A stretch of DNA of 63,926 nt, the filler included, from Choristocarpus tenellus KU-1152 (Eukaryota > Protista > Phaeophyceae): the NCBI GenBank assembly GCA_964200185.2. It is 9 parts of 9 records of this genome, joined end to end, with 100 filler letters (N's around TTAATTAATTAA, not from the genome) between each part and the next. Parts side by side here need not be neighbours in the genome. Positions count along the whole stretch, not along the records: positions 6,250 to 23,879 come from CAXNAD020000648.1; positions 23,980 to 28,952 come from CAXNAD020012320.1; 7 more parts are not named here. The stretch is one strand, 5' to 3'. This document shows, piece by piece, positions 12,904 through 26,056 of this stretch (position 1 is its first letter; each line of letters begins with the position of its first letter). The translations under genes and the position numbers were made by a program. A model generated the notes under the pieces. The model was not told where the DNA came from, did not search any database, and saw nothing but the letters and a program-made list of their open reading frames with translations.

Positions 12904-15128
12904 GGCAGTCACGCTAGTGCTTGTTGTAACGGCTTTTGCCTCGATCATGGAAGGTACTTTCTCAACAGGCAGGGTTCCTAGTGATGACCATAACACTGTT
13001 AAGCCAGCCTGAAATTCTCATCCCTGGATGTTACTTCGGATATAGATGTGAGAACAAAAAAATGTAAATTTTGTTGCTATTACTGTTAATTGTGTTTACA
13101 GTAGTGTAAAATGTCAAAAAGCGACGCTTATCCTCAGTTTTACAATATTTCCTTATCAATGATGATGAAATGAAAGAGCATATTACCTTCCCTCCCCAGC
13201 ATATCATGAAAAACAGAGTGCAAGATCAGATACATTTTGTCACACAAATAAACGGCGATGGTTGGACTACACCTCAGCCTTGCATCCAGTGTTGCAAGCC
13301 TTTTTGTGTTAGGGTATTATGTGATGCAATAACTAGTGTTATGCTTGCATTGTGTGTGCTGATACAAGCATGTAACACAGTATGACAGTTCCATGTACGT
13401 TTATCTTTAGTTCAGTACAATATAAGGTATATTGCATTGCTGAAGTTGTTGGATGGTGTTCATCCTTGCATGTGTCGCTGGTGTAGGGTTGTTAAACCGG
13501 ATGACCTATAGATAAATAGTAGAATATACTGATTGATTGCAGAGGTTGCCATGTAAGAAAAGAAGGAACATGAAGTAAAGAATATGTAACATACACAATA
13601 ACAATAGTGGAGGTCTATCTGATACACCATCAGGAGTTGTAGTGTATTTGGAAACAAGAGAATAAGAAAGCTTGCAAAAACAACTGTAGTTGAAACTCGT
13701 CATAAGTCCAACAACCCTGCATCAACATCACATGCGATGAAGATCACACAACTTTTTGGACATTGCAATATACCTTCAAATGATTCAATCATCTAGTCAA
13801 GAACTCAGCCTGATCTCCCAAACAATCTACCCTGTAAACCCACTTGTTCATCTCAGTACGATGTACAGTTATGACTAGAACTCAAAATCCATACCTGATT
13901 CATACCCTCAACAATAATCCTTCAACTTCAACCTTCAATCCCTTCGCCATTCTTTATTGATTAGTTTTATGTCGGTGTGTCTGATTTTGTAACCCCCTTT
14001 TGAGATCACAAACCCTTCCTTCTATGTGGGCCAACCACCTCTGGTTTTTCATTTTAAAAACAGGGTTGGTACTACTTGTTACAGAAAGGTCCATCGGATA
14101 CACCAACAAGAGTATATTGAAACAACAAATCAAGAAGCCTACTATGACAAAAATAGATGGAGTGCTCCTAAACTCATCATCTGAATCCTGTCTAAAAACA
14201 AGGAAATGGTCCCACGACTCTGTTAAGCTCCGTTTTGCTTACGACCTTAGTGTCTTCAAATTTGAACTGCATGATACACTTTGAGGTTGCCATCTGTACA
14301 ATATGAAGCAGTCATAATGACCTACGCAACAAATCCTTCAAAAGCAAGGTTAAGCGTGTAAAGTCAAGCCTTGTTGTCTTCGCACCCAATCTCAGTAGCG
14401 TTTTTAGTCTGTATTTTATGTATGTGGTAACCCAAGTGGTGGCGAATGAGGGAGGAGCTTGAGCTTTGCTGGTTTGTGTGAGAAGGTGTCCGAAAGGGTG
14501 GCAAATTTGGTGGGGAAGAGGGTAAGGGTTAGGGATGGGGTTGAGATTTGAGTTGCAATGTTGCTGTTGGGATTGATAAAGGAAAGGATGTTGGTAAGGT
14601 TAGGGTAGTAGCATTTTGTCCGTAGGATTTAGAGAGTTAGGGTTAAGGGTCAGGGTTATCAACTTTCGGGTACAGCGCGATAGGGTTAGTTGTAAAACCT
14701 CAGTATTACTCACACCCAACCCACCCAAAATCCGAATACCACACATATCTTACATGACGCAACGAAAAGAGGAACGAACGTTGCAGGCGATGGATATTAA
14801 TGGTGGTTTCACAAACAAGCCAAACACCAAAAACTCTTCACTCATCTACCACATCCTCTTACCAACTGTATCGTGTGGTTTATTTCCCTTGTGATGCCCA
14901 ATTTCCCGTATGTCATGTTTAAGACACATCAACCAGTTCTGTTCCTTACCACCATTCCTTAAATGAATCAACCGACAGTTAAAGTAGTGATGAAACAAGG
15001 TGTACCTCAAATTAGAAGTGGAGATGAGTTTGAACAAAGTTTGACTTAATACAACCTTCGGTTCCTCTCCTCCACTTCAAAAGAAGTGTAGTGATTGATG
15101 AAGAGCTTTGGACCCTTCTTCCCTTAAA

Positions 15129-18100
15129 ATGGGATCAGCTCGAATCCTCTTGGCGGCACTTCACCTGCCGAATGGCATGCGATTTTATGCGTGCCAGACT
15201 GGCAGTTCTATGCGCTCTCTCAACTGTTCAGGTCGACATTGTCCTCAACTCCCAAGAGTGATACCAAGTGATCCATACTCGCGTATTCCCAGAGGGAAAT
15301 GGCTCGCATTGTGGTCAAGGCGCGGTGTGAGAAAAGACTTACATCTCCGGGGGGGAGGTCTCCCGTTCTCTAGCATTCGTCCTTTCGCTGCAAGTGTCAA
15401 CAGCACTGCTGCAGCCTCGCATTCTTCGTATGTGACACTGGACATACAGGGTCTGAAGGTAGCACAATAAAGAAGACTGTTACTCCACTGATGCACCAGG
15501 TATCGATTGAGTAGGGTTTGCACCCGAAATATTGTACACTAACCTATGGAACTCTTGGGGACCTGAAAGGATGCAATGCTTGTTGCACCACTGCCATGTC
15601 AACCTGATTTGTTGTCGTTATAGTGGACGACCCATGAGGCGTGGCCCGCCCCACATTGCTGCACATCTCTACGTTTGGTACAATTTCCGGTCAGTAAAGT
15701 ACTTGAACCCTACGTTGTCAATGTCTTCGTCACTGATTCGTGCTGACTTGTTCAACGCTACGAACTTGTCCTGCTTACAGTAGTATTTGTTTGATCTCTT
15801 TGGGCAGTGCGGCGGATGCGTTTCCAAGAGCGAAAAGGCGCTCGCCAGGATTTCTGGGGTAGATCAAGCTTCGGTCAATCTGGTAACAGGGACCGCCAAA
15901 GTCAAATTACTTGGTAAGCAAAGCTCAGGCATCCGAATGTGGAGTGTACAATCGTTGGGGTATTTCGACCATCGTCGTTTGGAGGTAAATGCAGATTGGT
16001 TCGGCATGTGCAACCCCTGACGTGTAGCCTCTGCTGGCAGGATCTAGGCGTGCAGATGAAGAAGGTCCTATAGCGCTGGAACTACTTGATGCTCTTAACA
16101 ACCTTGGATATACAGCAAGAATTCTTGATGTCGGCCCCAGGGAGGATACCAAGAAGATATCAAGGTGCGCTGCTCACGGAGATGCTTTCTTGTATGCTGC
16201 CGAAGTATTAGCCTTAGGAGAAGAAATGTTGCCCTCCATTGGGGACAAGGATACTGTGAAGTTTGACAACACTGGTTTGGAAAGTTGTCGTTTGTTGTGT
16301 GTAAGAATTCAAGGTATCCGATTTTTGTCAATACTCTCCGGAGCAGAGTAGGTCAGATTTCATGATGTTAAATATTCCCTGCAGCTCATTCCTTGTTAGA
16401 ATTTACTTACATTATAATAATTTTTTTTGAATTTGGTGCTTGTGCTTTGATGTGATGGCAAGTCATTGCTTGCATGAACTCTCACCTGTGTTATAGTTGC
16501 CTTCATCCCAAGGTACACCCTTGTGGCGTCTTTCCTATAGAAGGTATACCTGAGAATCTGTTCCTTCGTCATGGATGTTATGTTTGGGTGGAACTACATT
16601 TCTTTATGATGACATTAGTATCAGGACAAAGTATGGGATGCTACAGCCCCACTATTTGTTCCTGCCTCACTCTTGACATCTGAGTGTCTTTACCTCTCAG
16701 AGATGGCTCTTACTTGTTGTATCTCTACTTGCCCCAACCTCCTGTAGTTCTTCCCTGTTCCCTTTCATCTGAAGAGTCTGTCTGCTGGATCCACCTATTT
16801 CACTCCTGCCCACCTCCAAATTGTTGAGAGGAGAAGGGGACAGGAGTACAACCTGTGCTATGCACACGAGACCCTAGACCAAAGCCCTCTTCTTGCTTTG
16901 ATTCCCCAAACACCATGTTGATTGTGGTCCTTGTGTACACTGAAGAGTCTTTGTAATCTGTACCGAATGTGCCACAGCAGAAGCGTGTAGATTTCATGTG
17001 GAAAGCCATGTCAGAGTCAGGTTTTTTATTTGTCTCTACACGTGTTGTTGTAAGATTGATTTGCTGTAAGTGCACCAGTTATCCTTGCCCCAATACCACC
17101 CCTCCAGTTTTTATGAACTAGACCTGTTGCTCACTGCTACTACATCCTTTGCTGATGAGAGGTCCTACATCTCTTCCTATGCATGGACTATCATATTGGT
17201 CTCACTTAAAGACTCCAGTTTCGATCTGTTCTGGACATATATCCAGAACACAGAGCACATGCTATTTCATCAACTGAACTGTGGTTTTCAGCCTCCCACC
17301 CGCAACTTTCTACAGTATTTCTCCTGTTCAATCCATATACGCCTTCCACTGTCCATCCACCACCTTGTGATCATGTCTGCCATACTTCAGGGTTACCCCT
17401 TTGGAACGCTACAAGAGGGAAGAGGAGCAATCCCAGCGGCACCTTTGGGCCAGCCTTGCACTCCTAGGATTGTCTGGAACAGCCCACATTGGGCATCATT
17501 TGATGCCTCATTCACTTGCTAATCTACTACCCTTCCACCTGCCACTGGGTTGGTTTTCTTGGTTTGAGGCGGGGTTGGCAACAATGGCCTTGGCAGGACC
17601 AGGTGAGGACTCTGCAGACTTTTTGCAACTAGCCATATATTGGCCTGGCATCCCTGTTTCTTCTGCTTGATTATCTTCCATCTGAAAGATGTTTGAATGT
17701 CATATTCCCTTACTGCTTAATAGGACCCGTTGTGGATTCCTCCAGAGCAGAGCTCCTCAATAGTTCAAGGCAGGCTAGTGCGCGCTCTTGGTCATAGGGC
17801 ATTAAAGCGTGCTTCCCTTGCATCCCTTGTGCCTCAAAATGAGCATGGTTGACAAGAGCTTGCCGTTCCCATATAAGACAGTGAATGCCTTCCTCTTGTG
17901 CCTTTTGACATTTCTCAGTTTTAAGCGATTGACACAAAGAAATGAGTGCTTTTGTTGTTGTAGCTTCAGCAGCACATCAACACACGCGTGTTTGTCCCCC
18001 TCGAAACGAGATTCTGCTCTACGGCTTGTTGAATGTTGTTCTGCGATAATTGCATATGTGCCTTCCCCGCAACAGGTGCAGGGCTGATAAGAAGTGGGCT

Positions 18101-18230
18101 AAGGTCACTACATCAGTTGTCACCAGACATGAACTCCCTTGTGTCCGTGGGCACACTTGCTGTCTTCTGCTCATCGCTTCTTGCACTGATTAAGCCATCT
18201 CTCGGTCTGGTGCCCACTTTCCACGAACCG
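15129..18230 (+). CDS. Copper-transporting P1B-type ATPase (PAA1/HMA6/CtaA-like), exons 1-5, 3' truncated
   Basis: Phase-compatible GT-AG exons 15129-15458, 15808-15913, 16041-16164, 17391-17602 and 18076-18230 give an N-terminal presequence, HMA domain VTLDIQGLKCGGCVSKSEKAL...ASVNLVTGTAKV, TM helices, SPDMNSLVSVGT and FHEP (plant PAA1/PAA2 have F(F)EEPVML here). Confidence 0.9.
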
Positions 18231-20499
18231 GTGAGCAATCCAGTATATTTTTTAACCTATATTCAGGGATGTCTTTCTTGGATAGGCAAGCATGAAATGT
18301 TGGGAGGTAGTCTAGTGTGCTGAAGCGATGGCCAACCGTATGCTGGGAAGTTGATACTATTTCATGCAAAGCCTTAAATTGCTGGGGGAAAGTAGAAGCC
18401 AATAGGATTCTGACAAATAGATGCAAGTGTCCGAAGAATCGTCTCATGTTTGACATCTGGGAAGCTCCAGAGTTGCACGGACACTAGGACCCTATCCTGC
18501 GGGATCATCTGGACTGTATAGGTTGTATCAAATGTGATCGCCTAGCTATTTCCTTTCCTCAGTGGTGCAAATGTCATCAGTCTAATACAGTAGTATCCAA
18601 TATTGTCCAGGGTTGTTTGGGATAGGTGGTTCCATTGAAAATTTGGTGCAATGGTGCCGTCTCCAGCTGTAGATCTTGGCAACATGGATCATCTTTGTCC
18701 AGCGGGTGGAATGGGCAAGTTTTAGCTCTGGGGAGGTGTGTCATTAAGGAGAACTTCTTGTCAGATAAGGGGAGAAAATTGGCCACAAAGAGATTGGGGG
18801 AGTATGGTTTAGGCATTGTTTGATTGCTCAAGTACAAAACCGCCACCTCCTCTTGCTAGACCTCAGTGCTTCAATCGATGACGTTCCTACTAGAGGCTAT
18901 GCCTGTGAAGCATTTCATCAAGTAGGTGTCTGATGCTCGTGTTTCACAACTTAAGAGAAAGTGGAATATCTTTTGCATCAGCCCCTGGGTCTTCAGTCTC
19001 TTTGGCATCTCCTTACAGCACCAGCACCAACCATAGTTCCAACGAGGACATCAAGGTGAAGGTGATGCCATGTGATTAGAGCACTGGAACCGGGAGAGCC
19101 GGGAGAGCCAGTCACGTTGGAAAATGTATGTGCATCTTCATGCTGAAGAGGGGGCTGTCATATCTAACACAGTCAATCAGTCTTGACACCTTGGAGGTCG
19201 TTTATGAATGAAATACGTAACTAGAAGTGTGTTTCCCGCATGGAAGTGGGTTCATCATCTTGTAGGGGCCTCAAAATCAGATGCCAACACAATGCCAGAG
19301 ATTAAAGCATAGGTATGGGGTGAGGGATGAGGAAGGTTGAAGTTTGAAGATGATTTGTGTTGTGGTTTTAATGAGGTGCTGATACTTTGGGGGTTATGTT
19401 GTGTCATGTCATGCATGCCCTCTCATGCTGGATGTCAAAGCGCCCCGAGTTGAAATCTTCCCTTTCCCAATAAATCTAGTGTATGGAGTCCAGCACATCT
19501 TTAAGATGAGTTTGTCTTTGCTCTTAGGGTTTGGGAACCGAGATATGGTCCAGTGGTGGTAAGACCTGGATGACTAGTTTTCATTATCCATGAATGGATA
19601 ACTCGTGTTCTATGCGAAAATATATTTTTCTTTGGACGACTCCATCGATGTGTGTATGGGGTGTATGGACTTTTGGTCTGGTTAAAATGGACTGCTGCGC
19701 ATAAAGTGCCTGGTATGGGTCCTTGGTGTAGCCGTAGAGAAGAGCAACAGGGGGGTAAGCTTTGGCGGGGATATGTACTACTTTGGGATAGTAGAAGAGG
19801 ACGGCCACATCTGATCGTTTCCTTCCATGAAAATATTTTTGAAGACGAGAGGAAGAGGAGAAATATGACAGTGGTGACGCGTCAATGGTGACAAGAAAGA
19901 GCAGGAAGGGAGTGGGGATAATCCAAAGTAGATGATTTGTGAGTATCATGTCGGAATCTATTAAAGAAATGGCCAGTGCCACTGAGTTGATCACTGGACT
20001 GTTGATGCCCAACTCTTGTTGCAAGGTGGATCTACTGACTGCTCCCAGAGTTTGTCGCAGTCTTGGTTGAATTTGTTGCTGGTTGCTGCTTATAGTGGTA
20101 ACCAATAGCTTATGTCTCTAGGGTTGTCCCATCATAACGTTTGATGTAGACATCGGATTAAAAAAATAAAAGCATATTCGTGATGCCCGTCACAATGCCC
20201 TCCAGAGTATGGGCTGCTTTTTTTTTCGCCATTTTTGTTTTTGAAGAAAGAGTGCTCATATTGGGGTTCGAACCCTGGATTGTAGGTCACCAAGAGTGCC
20301 AAGAGGTACACAATTTCTTGATTAAAGTATAGGGTTTAGGCGGGAAAAAAGCCTCCCCACCCTCTCTTCCTGTGTGTTCGCACACCCACTCTTTGACCTT
20401 GGCAAGGATGTCCTCGTTGAGGCCCAGAACAAAATGCGTCTCTTATCGCTCTTGCTCCGACACCTTGATGTGGCTCTTAGTTAAGAAGTCTCTCTCCCA

Positions 20500-21644
20500 T
20501 CTACTCACAGTTTCCGACCTGACCATCGCGCATCCTGCTGCCATCTCGAGCGACGTTTATGGCCTTTCCCGTCGTTCATACACAGGTACAGGATTCGCAG
20601 TGTTAGAGCCTTTACTATCACATTTCCTCGTTAAGCGCCGGAAATGTACCTCGTCCGTGTTCCCTGGGTGGGTGATATTTTATCATCAAGGTGCCAGAGC
20701 GAGGGAGGACCGGCTTGAGTTGATCGAAAATTGTGTTGATTTCTCGAATGAATGCAGGATGGGGAGTAACCCTTCACCAACTTTATATGTCCAACTTTAA
20801 ATGCAGGAACAAGAGTGAATGCACGGCATCTTGCAATACCTTTCACGCTATACCACCAGTATGCAAATAGTCTCAATCTCACCTCCTCTTCTTCCTTGGC
20901 ATCCTCATCGATGGCTACCTCCACCTACTTCACGATCTCTTCGAAGCAAAGGATTTGGTGGTAGCGAAACATCTCCACAGCTGCCTTTGTAATGATCACT
21001 TTCTCCTCCACCTTGCGAGCCCTTTCGACCTTCTTTTGGGCTTCAGAGCCCTTGTAGTCCAACCCTAACACCTCCTTTCTCGTTTCCTTAAGCCACTCCG
21101 GCTTGCATAGCTTCCAAACAGCCAGGGCCTACTGCAACTGTCGACTACTAAGATATTTTACACCCGGGTTTTCGCTTGTAAGGCGTTTCCTGAACGCAAT
21201 GGCACGCAGTCGCACTGCTCTCTTCCCCAACCTTCCCTTTGGCCGGCCACCCTGGTTCTCCCTTCGCCCGCCGTGACCAGGCTTCCCCACAGACTTTGTC
21301 ATTGCACCACCTGGTGAGTGCACTCGCCGTTCTCTTCCTGCTTTCCTGAGGCGGCAGAGACTGTGGAGCACTGCTTCACATCGGTTGAAGATCGAACCAC
21401 GTTTGTGTTGTAATATGCTTTCGATGCATCTTCTCTAAGTGTCAATCTTGCGGCCGCATGGCCCATTTCGCGATTTGATCATGCTGCTGTGCCATAGTAC
21501 ACGCACTTTATCGTCACCTAACATCGCACTGAGTGTCACACGGTACTTACTTTTCCGTCGCCTCTCGACAGAGAAGGTGCCAAGGGTAGATCCAGGGGGC
21601 AGAGTGGCCTCGGCGGCTCTCCTTTTCTCACCGTTGTGGTCCAT
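20500..21644 (-). pseudogene. Decayed ORF of an unclassified dispersed repeat/transposon (copy 1)
   Basis: ORF pieces 21644-21435, 21371-21129 and 20924-20631 share one frame separated by stops (~340 codons); contains HGGRRENQGGRPKG; homologous to 46640-47650. Confidence 0.7.
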
Positions 21645-22631
21645 ATTGCTGTGTGGGTCACCTGTGTGTGTGCTTACAGAAAGTCTGCGAAAGACGTTGA
21701 AAATATGTCCGATTATCTTGCTCTTTTTCCGGTAGGATCAAACGCACCATATTTTGGCAGGGCCTATGCTGGACCAGTTTTTTGCGGGGAATTCAGTCAA
21801 CCACTTCATTCTTGTATCTTTTGAGGTTGTGACCATCAAATTTGCACCGGAGTTATATTCCCCCGCTCTTTTGACATTCTTTGGTCGGGACATAGTTCCT
21901 GTTCACTGGAGTTAGTACATACCTGCATACAAATCTTCAACCCCTCTTGGCATAAGTGTTCATTTGATATTTATGTTTTTGCATATCTCTCCTGGTCCGA
22001 CCATGAAAAAAAGCAAGATTGCCACAGACCGTGAAGCTATTGGCACCACCTTTTGTACAGATTTATGGTATAGAGCTGTGCACCTTGATCATCTCTCACC
22101 CGGAATGAAATGAGCTCACATCACTTCGACCCTTGATGTTCTACGTCAATTTCAACACGGTACAACAACTAGTAGACCCAGATTGAGCTTTTCAAATATT
22201 ATGCCCCTGGCATTGGTATTATTTGCTCAAGGTAGTCTAGTCTGACTCCATGTATGTGTGATAGCCACCTTCATGCACAAGGTGTACCTTTGAAGTGCCC
22301 TTCTTTGTAAGGTACACCTCATAGTCTGCTCCCTCTGATGACGTCAGCATTCTTTCTTAATGACATCAACATCAGGATAATGAGTGGAGTTTCCAAGCCC
22401 CACTCATTATCTTCCCTTGTCACTTCCCTTCTGAGTGACCTTGTCCGGGCTTGTCAGCCCTTCTTCCTTGTCTCTCTCCTTTCCATATCTCCCTCTGGGT
22501 CTTCTTGCTACCCTTCAGTCTGAACCTGTCTGCAGTTTCCACCTGTTTCACAATGGTGATAACTCTGCGGGAGCACTGAAGCAGGAGAGTACTTTTGCAG
22601 AACTCTAGGTAAATCTTAGTACGTTGCCTTA

Positions 22632-22890
22632 GAGCCAAAGTGTCTTAGAGGATAGGCGCGTGTCCATTTAGGTGCCAAAATCCAATGTTGCGACTTTGAT
22701 GTAATTTTGGCTATTGTGTTTGTTAGTATGTTTCAATATTCTTGTTCCGGACACACCTTTTCATAACATATACATTTTACGTACTCCAAAATATTTTGGA
22801 GTAGGAAAATATCATAAAAGAACCCATGGGAAGTCAAGCCCCAAATGGACAAACAGGGCAAAGCTCGTACCCTCTAAGATGTTTTCACTC
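22632..22890 (+). mobile_element. MITE family A
   Basis: GAGCCAAAGTGTCTTAGAGG...CCCTCTAAGATGTTTTCACTC; CTTA/CTTG TSD. Confidence 0.93.
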
Positions 22891-23805
22891 CTTGCTTGAG
22901 TACGTTGAATGCCACACAACCGCATCATTCTGATTGGTAAACAGTTCAATCAAGGCAGAGATGAGTAATCTTTACACCTTTTCTGCAAACGAGACCATTT
23001 CTAGTATCCTTATGACCGATGACTCACTGAGGGATTCAAACATCCTCCTGTGGGTCATCCCGGTCTCCTTCAGTCTGAAGAACCTGTCTGCTCGTTTCCA
23101 CTTGTTCTACGTATGCTCCCTCAGAATAGTGTTTAATCACTTAAAGCGTATGCTACTAGCCTATAGAAGGGAGGGTCCTTGCAGCTGTAGATCAACTGTG
23201 TTTACAGTGTTGACAATTCAATCGAATTCTCAAGGCCTGACCATAGGATCAAGAGTGGGGCACTAGCGTTGGCTTGAGGAGTCAAGCACGGTTGTTTAGG
23301 GAGTTCTGGAACTGGATCGTGCACATGCAGGCCGATGCCAGCATGACAACAAGATTGAAGGGCCGTTATGTCGTTGGGGAGTGAGGCTAGGAAGAGTGCG
23401 CCCATAGGTGAGCGCGGAGGACAAGGGTCTATGTGTAGGGATGAATGACCCACAGTAGGTGTCCCCATTTTAACTACTTGATAGAGAAGACACAAATGCA
23501 TTTAGTGAATTGTGCCTACAAAAGGAGAAGATGTTACGACATGAGCAATCATAGAGGGTGAGGGTCATTTGAACATACACTGAGGGTACTCTGAAGATAG
23601 GCTCCTTGCGGGCTTTAGTGTGATGTGTGTTTAAACACCTGTGATGGAAAGTCACTAAGGAACACATACTGAATGTTTAAAAAAGGTTGGTGAGGGTCTT
23701 GGACACCAATGGAACCCTAGACATAGGGGAGGTTGAGACCCAGTGGAACAAGCTTGCTAAGAAGGGAAATGCAGCCACTACCTGCAATCATTGTTGCAGT
23801 AAACT

Positions 23806-23879
23806 GAGTGAAAGTATTGTAGAGTGTACGGGTTTTGCCCTGTTTGTCCATTTGGGGCTTGGCTTCCCTCGGGATTAGA
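23806..23879 (-). mobile_element. MITE family A fragment at contig end
   Basis: GAGTGAAAGTATTGTAGAG...GTCCATTTGGGGC running into the gap. Confidence 0.85.
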
Positions 23880-24062
23880 NNNNNNNNNNNNNNNNNNNNN
23901 NNNNNNNNNNNNNNNNNNNNNNNTTAATTAATTAANNNNNNNNNNNNNNNNNNNNNNNNNNNNNNNNNNNNNNNNNNNNCCACATTCTTGTCCTGTGCCC
24001 CCAGCCGCCCACAAAACTCAGTTTACTTCATAACTCTCACATTCTGTAAGGCTACCTATGTG

Positions 24063-24512
24063 TGTTACTAATATCGTATATAGTTCGTACCTTTCAGAAC
24101 TCGAGAAAGAATCCTTACACTGTACATCTATTACAAATGTTCGTATTTCCTAAACATGAGGATAAAATGCTCGCGCTATTCGCGTGTAACAAATAATGCT
24201 TGCTCTTCGTTGAAATACAAGAAGAAACGCTCGCGCTATTCGCCTGTAACAAGAACACTGAATACACATCACATCATTCTGGATTGAGCAACCAAGAATA
24301 CTGAATTCATATCGCATCATTCTTGACTGAGAAATCAGTGACCTCAGTTACAACAGAATAAATACATCGGTGCTTTGCAGCACAATCACACCTATCCATA
24401 ACATAGACTACGCATATTTACTCATCGGTGCTTTGCAACACTATGATTCCTTATCGCTCGTAGTCTACGCATTTTGCTTACATGTACGATGCATTCGATT
24501 CAGGTTTCAACA
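24063..24512 (+). mobile_element. Putative solo LTR
   Basis: TGT...CAACA ends, internal tandem duplications (gctcgcgctattcgc x2; catcggtgctttgca x2); related 3' ends at ~9575-10006 and ~27300-27439; no TSD confirmed. Confidence 0.55.
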
Positions 24513-24799
24513 AAAGTATCCATGACTGGTAAGGGTTATTTTTCACATGCAAGATAGGGATGAGGTTAGGGGTAAGGTCCAGTTGTGCCAGCTGATTTGC
24601 AGGACAGGAAGTGGCCGCAAGGATGTCAACCAACCTGTAACCAAAATGGATGGTATCAGCTTCCCTTGTTTGTATGAGGCGGAGAGTTATCTAACTCCAT
24701 ATGAGGTAGCGAGCCTTGCTTCATCTCGTGACCTACTCAACCACCCAACTATTACAATATACACGACAATCCAACGTTTTGAGTAAAGCATCATCCGAC

Positions 24800-25260
24800 G
24801 TATGGTATTCCAGAAAGTGATATCCTGAACTGTTTGATATATGCTGGGCCACTTGCAGATATTGGATCAGTTCCCTACGGGGACAAAGGCTTCCTTCTAG
24901 ATGCTACGTTTGCAGAAGTGTAAGCAGCATCCCACCTACCCCACTCATCCACCAGCAATAGTGTAGCTGCTGCTCTGGCTGAGGGAAGAAAGCACACCCA
25001 CTATGAGGGCTCTTTTGACCCTCGTTGTTATACCTCAACACCTTCGCGGTGGAAAGTTTTGGGCACCTCGGTAAGCAAGCTGAACGGTTTCTGGATGAGT
25101 TGGCTACACACTAGGTAGGGGAGAGAGGGGCAGGAGGCTACAGCAGGAAAGGGGCTGTCAAATCCCGTCTACGACAGATATTGCCTATCACAACACAAGC
25201 AGCTCCATCTAGATGTGTCATGCGTTTTAAGCTGGAGACACCAGGGAGATGGGCAATGAC
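24800..25260 (+). mobile_element. 3' fragment of a non-LTR retrotransposon with restriction-like endonuclease (CRE/R2-type), decayed
   Basis: Frameshifted translation FLLDATF...AALAEGRKHTHY...FAVESFGHLGKQAERFLDELA fits the RLE D...K..Y...F(A/V)xExxG pattern. Confidence 0.7.
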
Positions 25261-25352
25261 GGGTTTGTTAGATTCTTGGGACGCTTTCCTCCCTCCTCAC
25301 CCTGTGGTGTAGGACTAAGTTAGGTTGGAGGCACAGGAGAGCAGGGGTGCAG

Positions 25353-26056
25353 CATAGCTGGTAGTGAAATAGTAAATACATAGTAGAGAGAGATATCTTT
25401 CACATTTACGATAACTGTTACTTTTTGGGGGGTTGTGTTCTGACATTTTAATAGTTTTTCATTGGTTTTTCCCTTGACACCTCTCCAAAATATCAGAGAG
25501 GGCATAATAATAGAATATATATTCTATATACCTGATTCTCCAAAACAATGTTCCACCATGATGACAGTAGACATTGTGAACTATGTATCAACTCAAGGTA
25601 CTATAGTCCTAATACTTCTGTCGTATACTATGACGTATCACACAAATTAATCGAACATAAAATATTTAGAAAGTATCTACTTATGTCAAGTGAAGTAGTT
25701 TGCAAACCATCATCTCGAGCGATTGAGAGTGCAATTCCGAGAAGTGACTCTCTGTTGAGTGGGGTATATATATCATAGTATATATGACACAGATTTATTG
25801 GGACTGTAGTACCTTGAGTTGGTACATAGTTCACAATGACTATTGTAGTGGTGCAGAACAATTGTTGTGGAACATCAGGTACATAGATTTTTTAATTTTG
25901 CCCTCTGACATTTTACAGATGTGTCAGGGGAAAAAACAACGACTAACTAATGAAAAACATTCAAATGTAAGAACAACCCCTAAAATAGTAAAAGTTGTCG
26001 TAAATGAGAAAAGATATTCTCTCTATAATCAATATACTATTTTATTACCAGCTATG
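25353..26056. mobile_element. Large foldback element with ~290-bp inverted arms
   Basis: CATAGCTGGTA... / ...TACCAGCTATG termini; tgtgaactatgtatcaactcaaggtact vs agtaccttgagttggtacatagttcaca; mirror-image peptides in the ORF track. Confidence 0.85.

Noticed and set aside
14515-14695. TTAGGG-like runs as a telomere
   Set aside because: Degenerate, scattered and internal; similar runs occur elsewhere (e.g. ~63615), consistent with low-complexity or TE sequence
16165-16312. Open-frame extension of ATPase exon 3 to a later GT donor
   Set aside because: Only the phase-2 donor after 16164 is compatible with the acceptor at 17391
20250-20310. GGGTTCGAACCC B-box as a tRNA gene
   Set aside because: No cloverleaf or A-box could be built; at most a decayed SINE head
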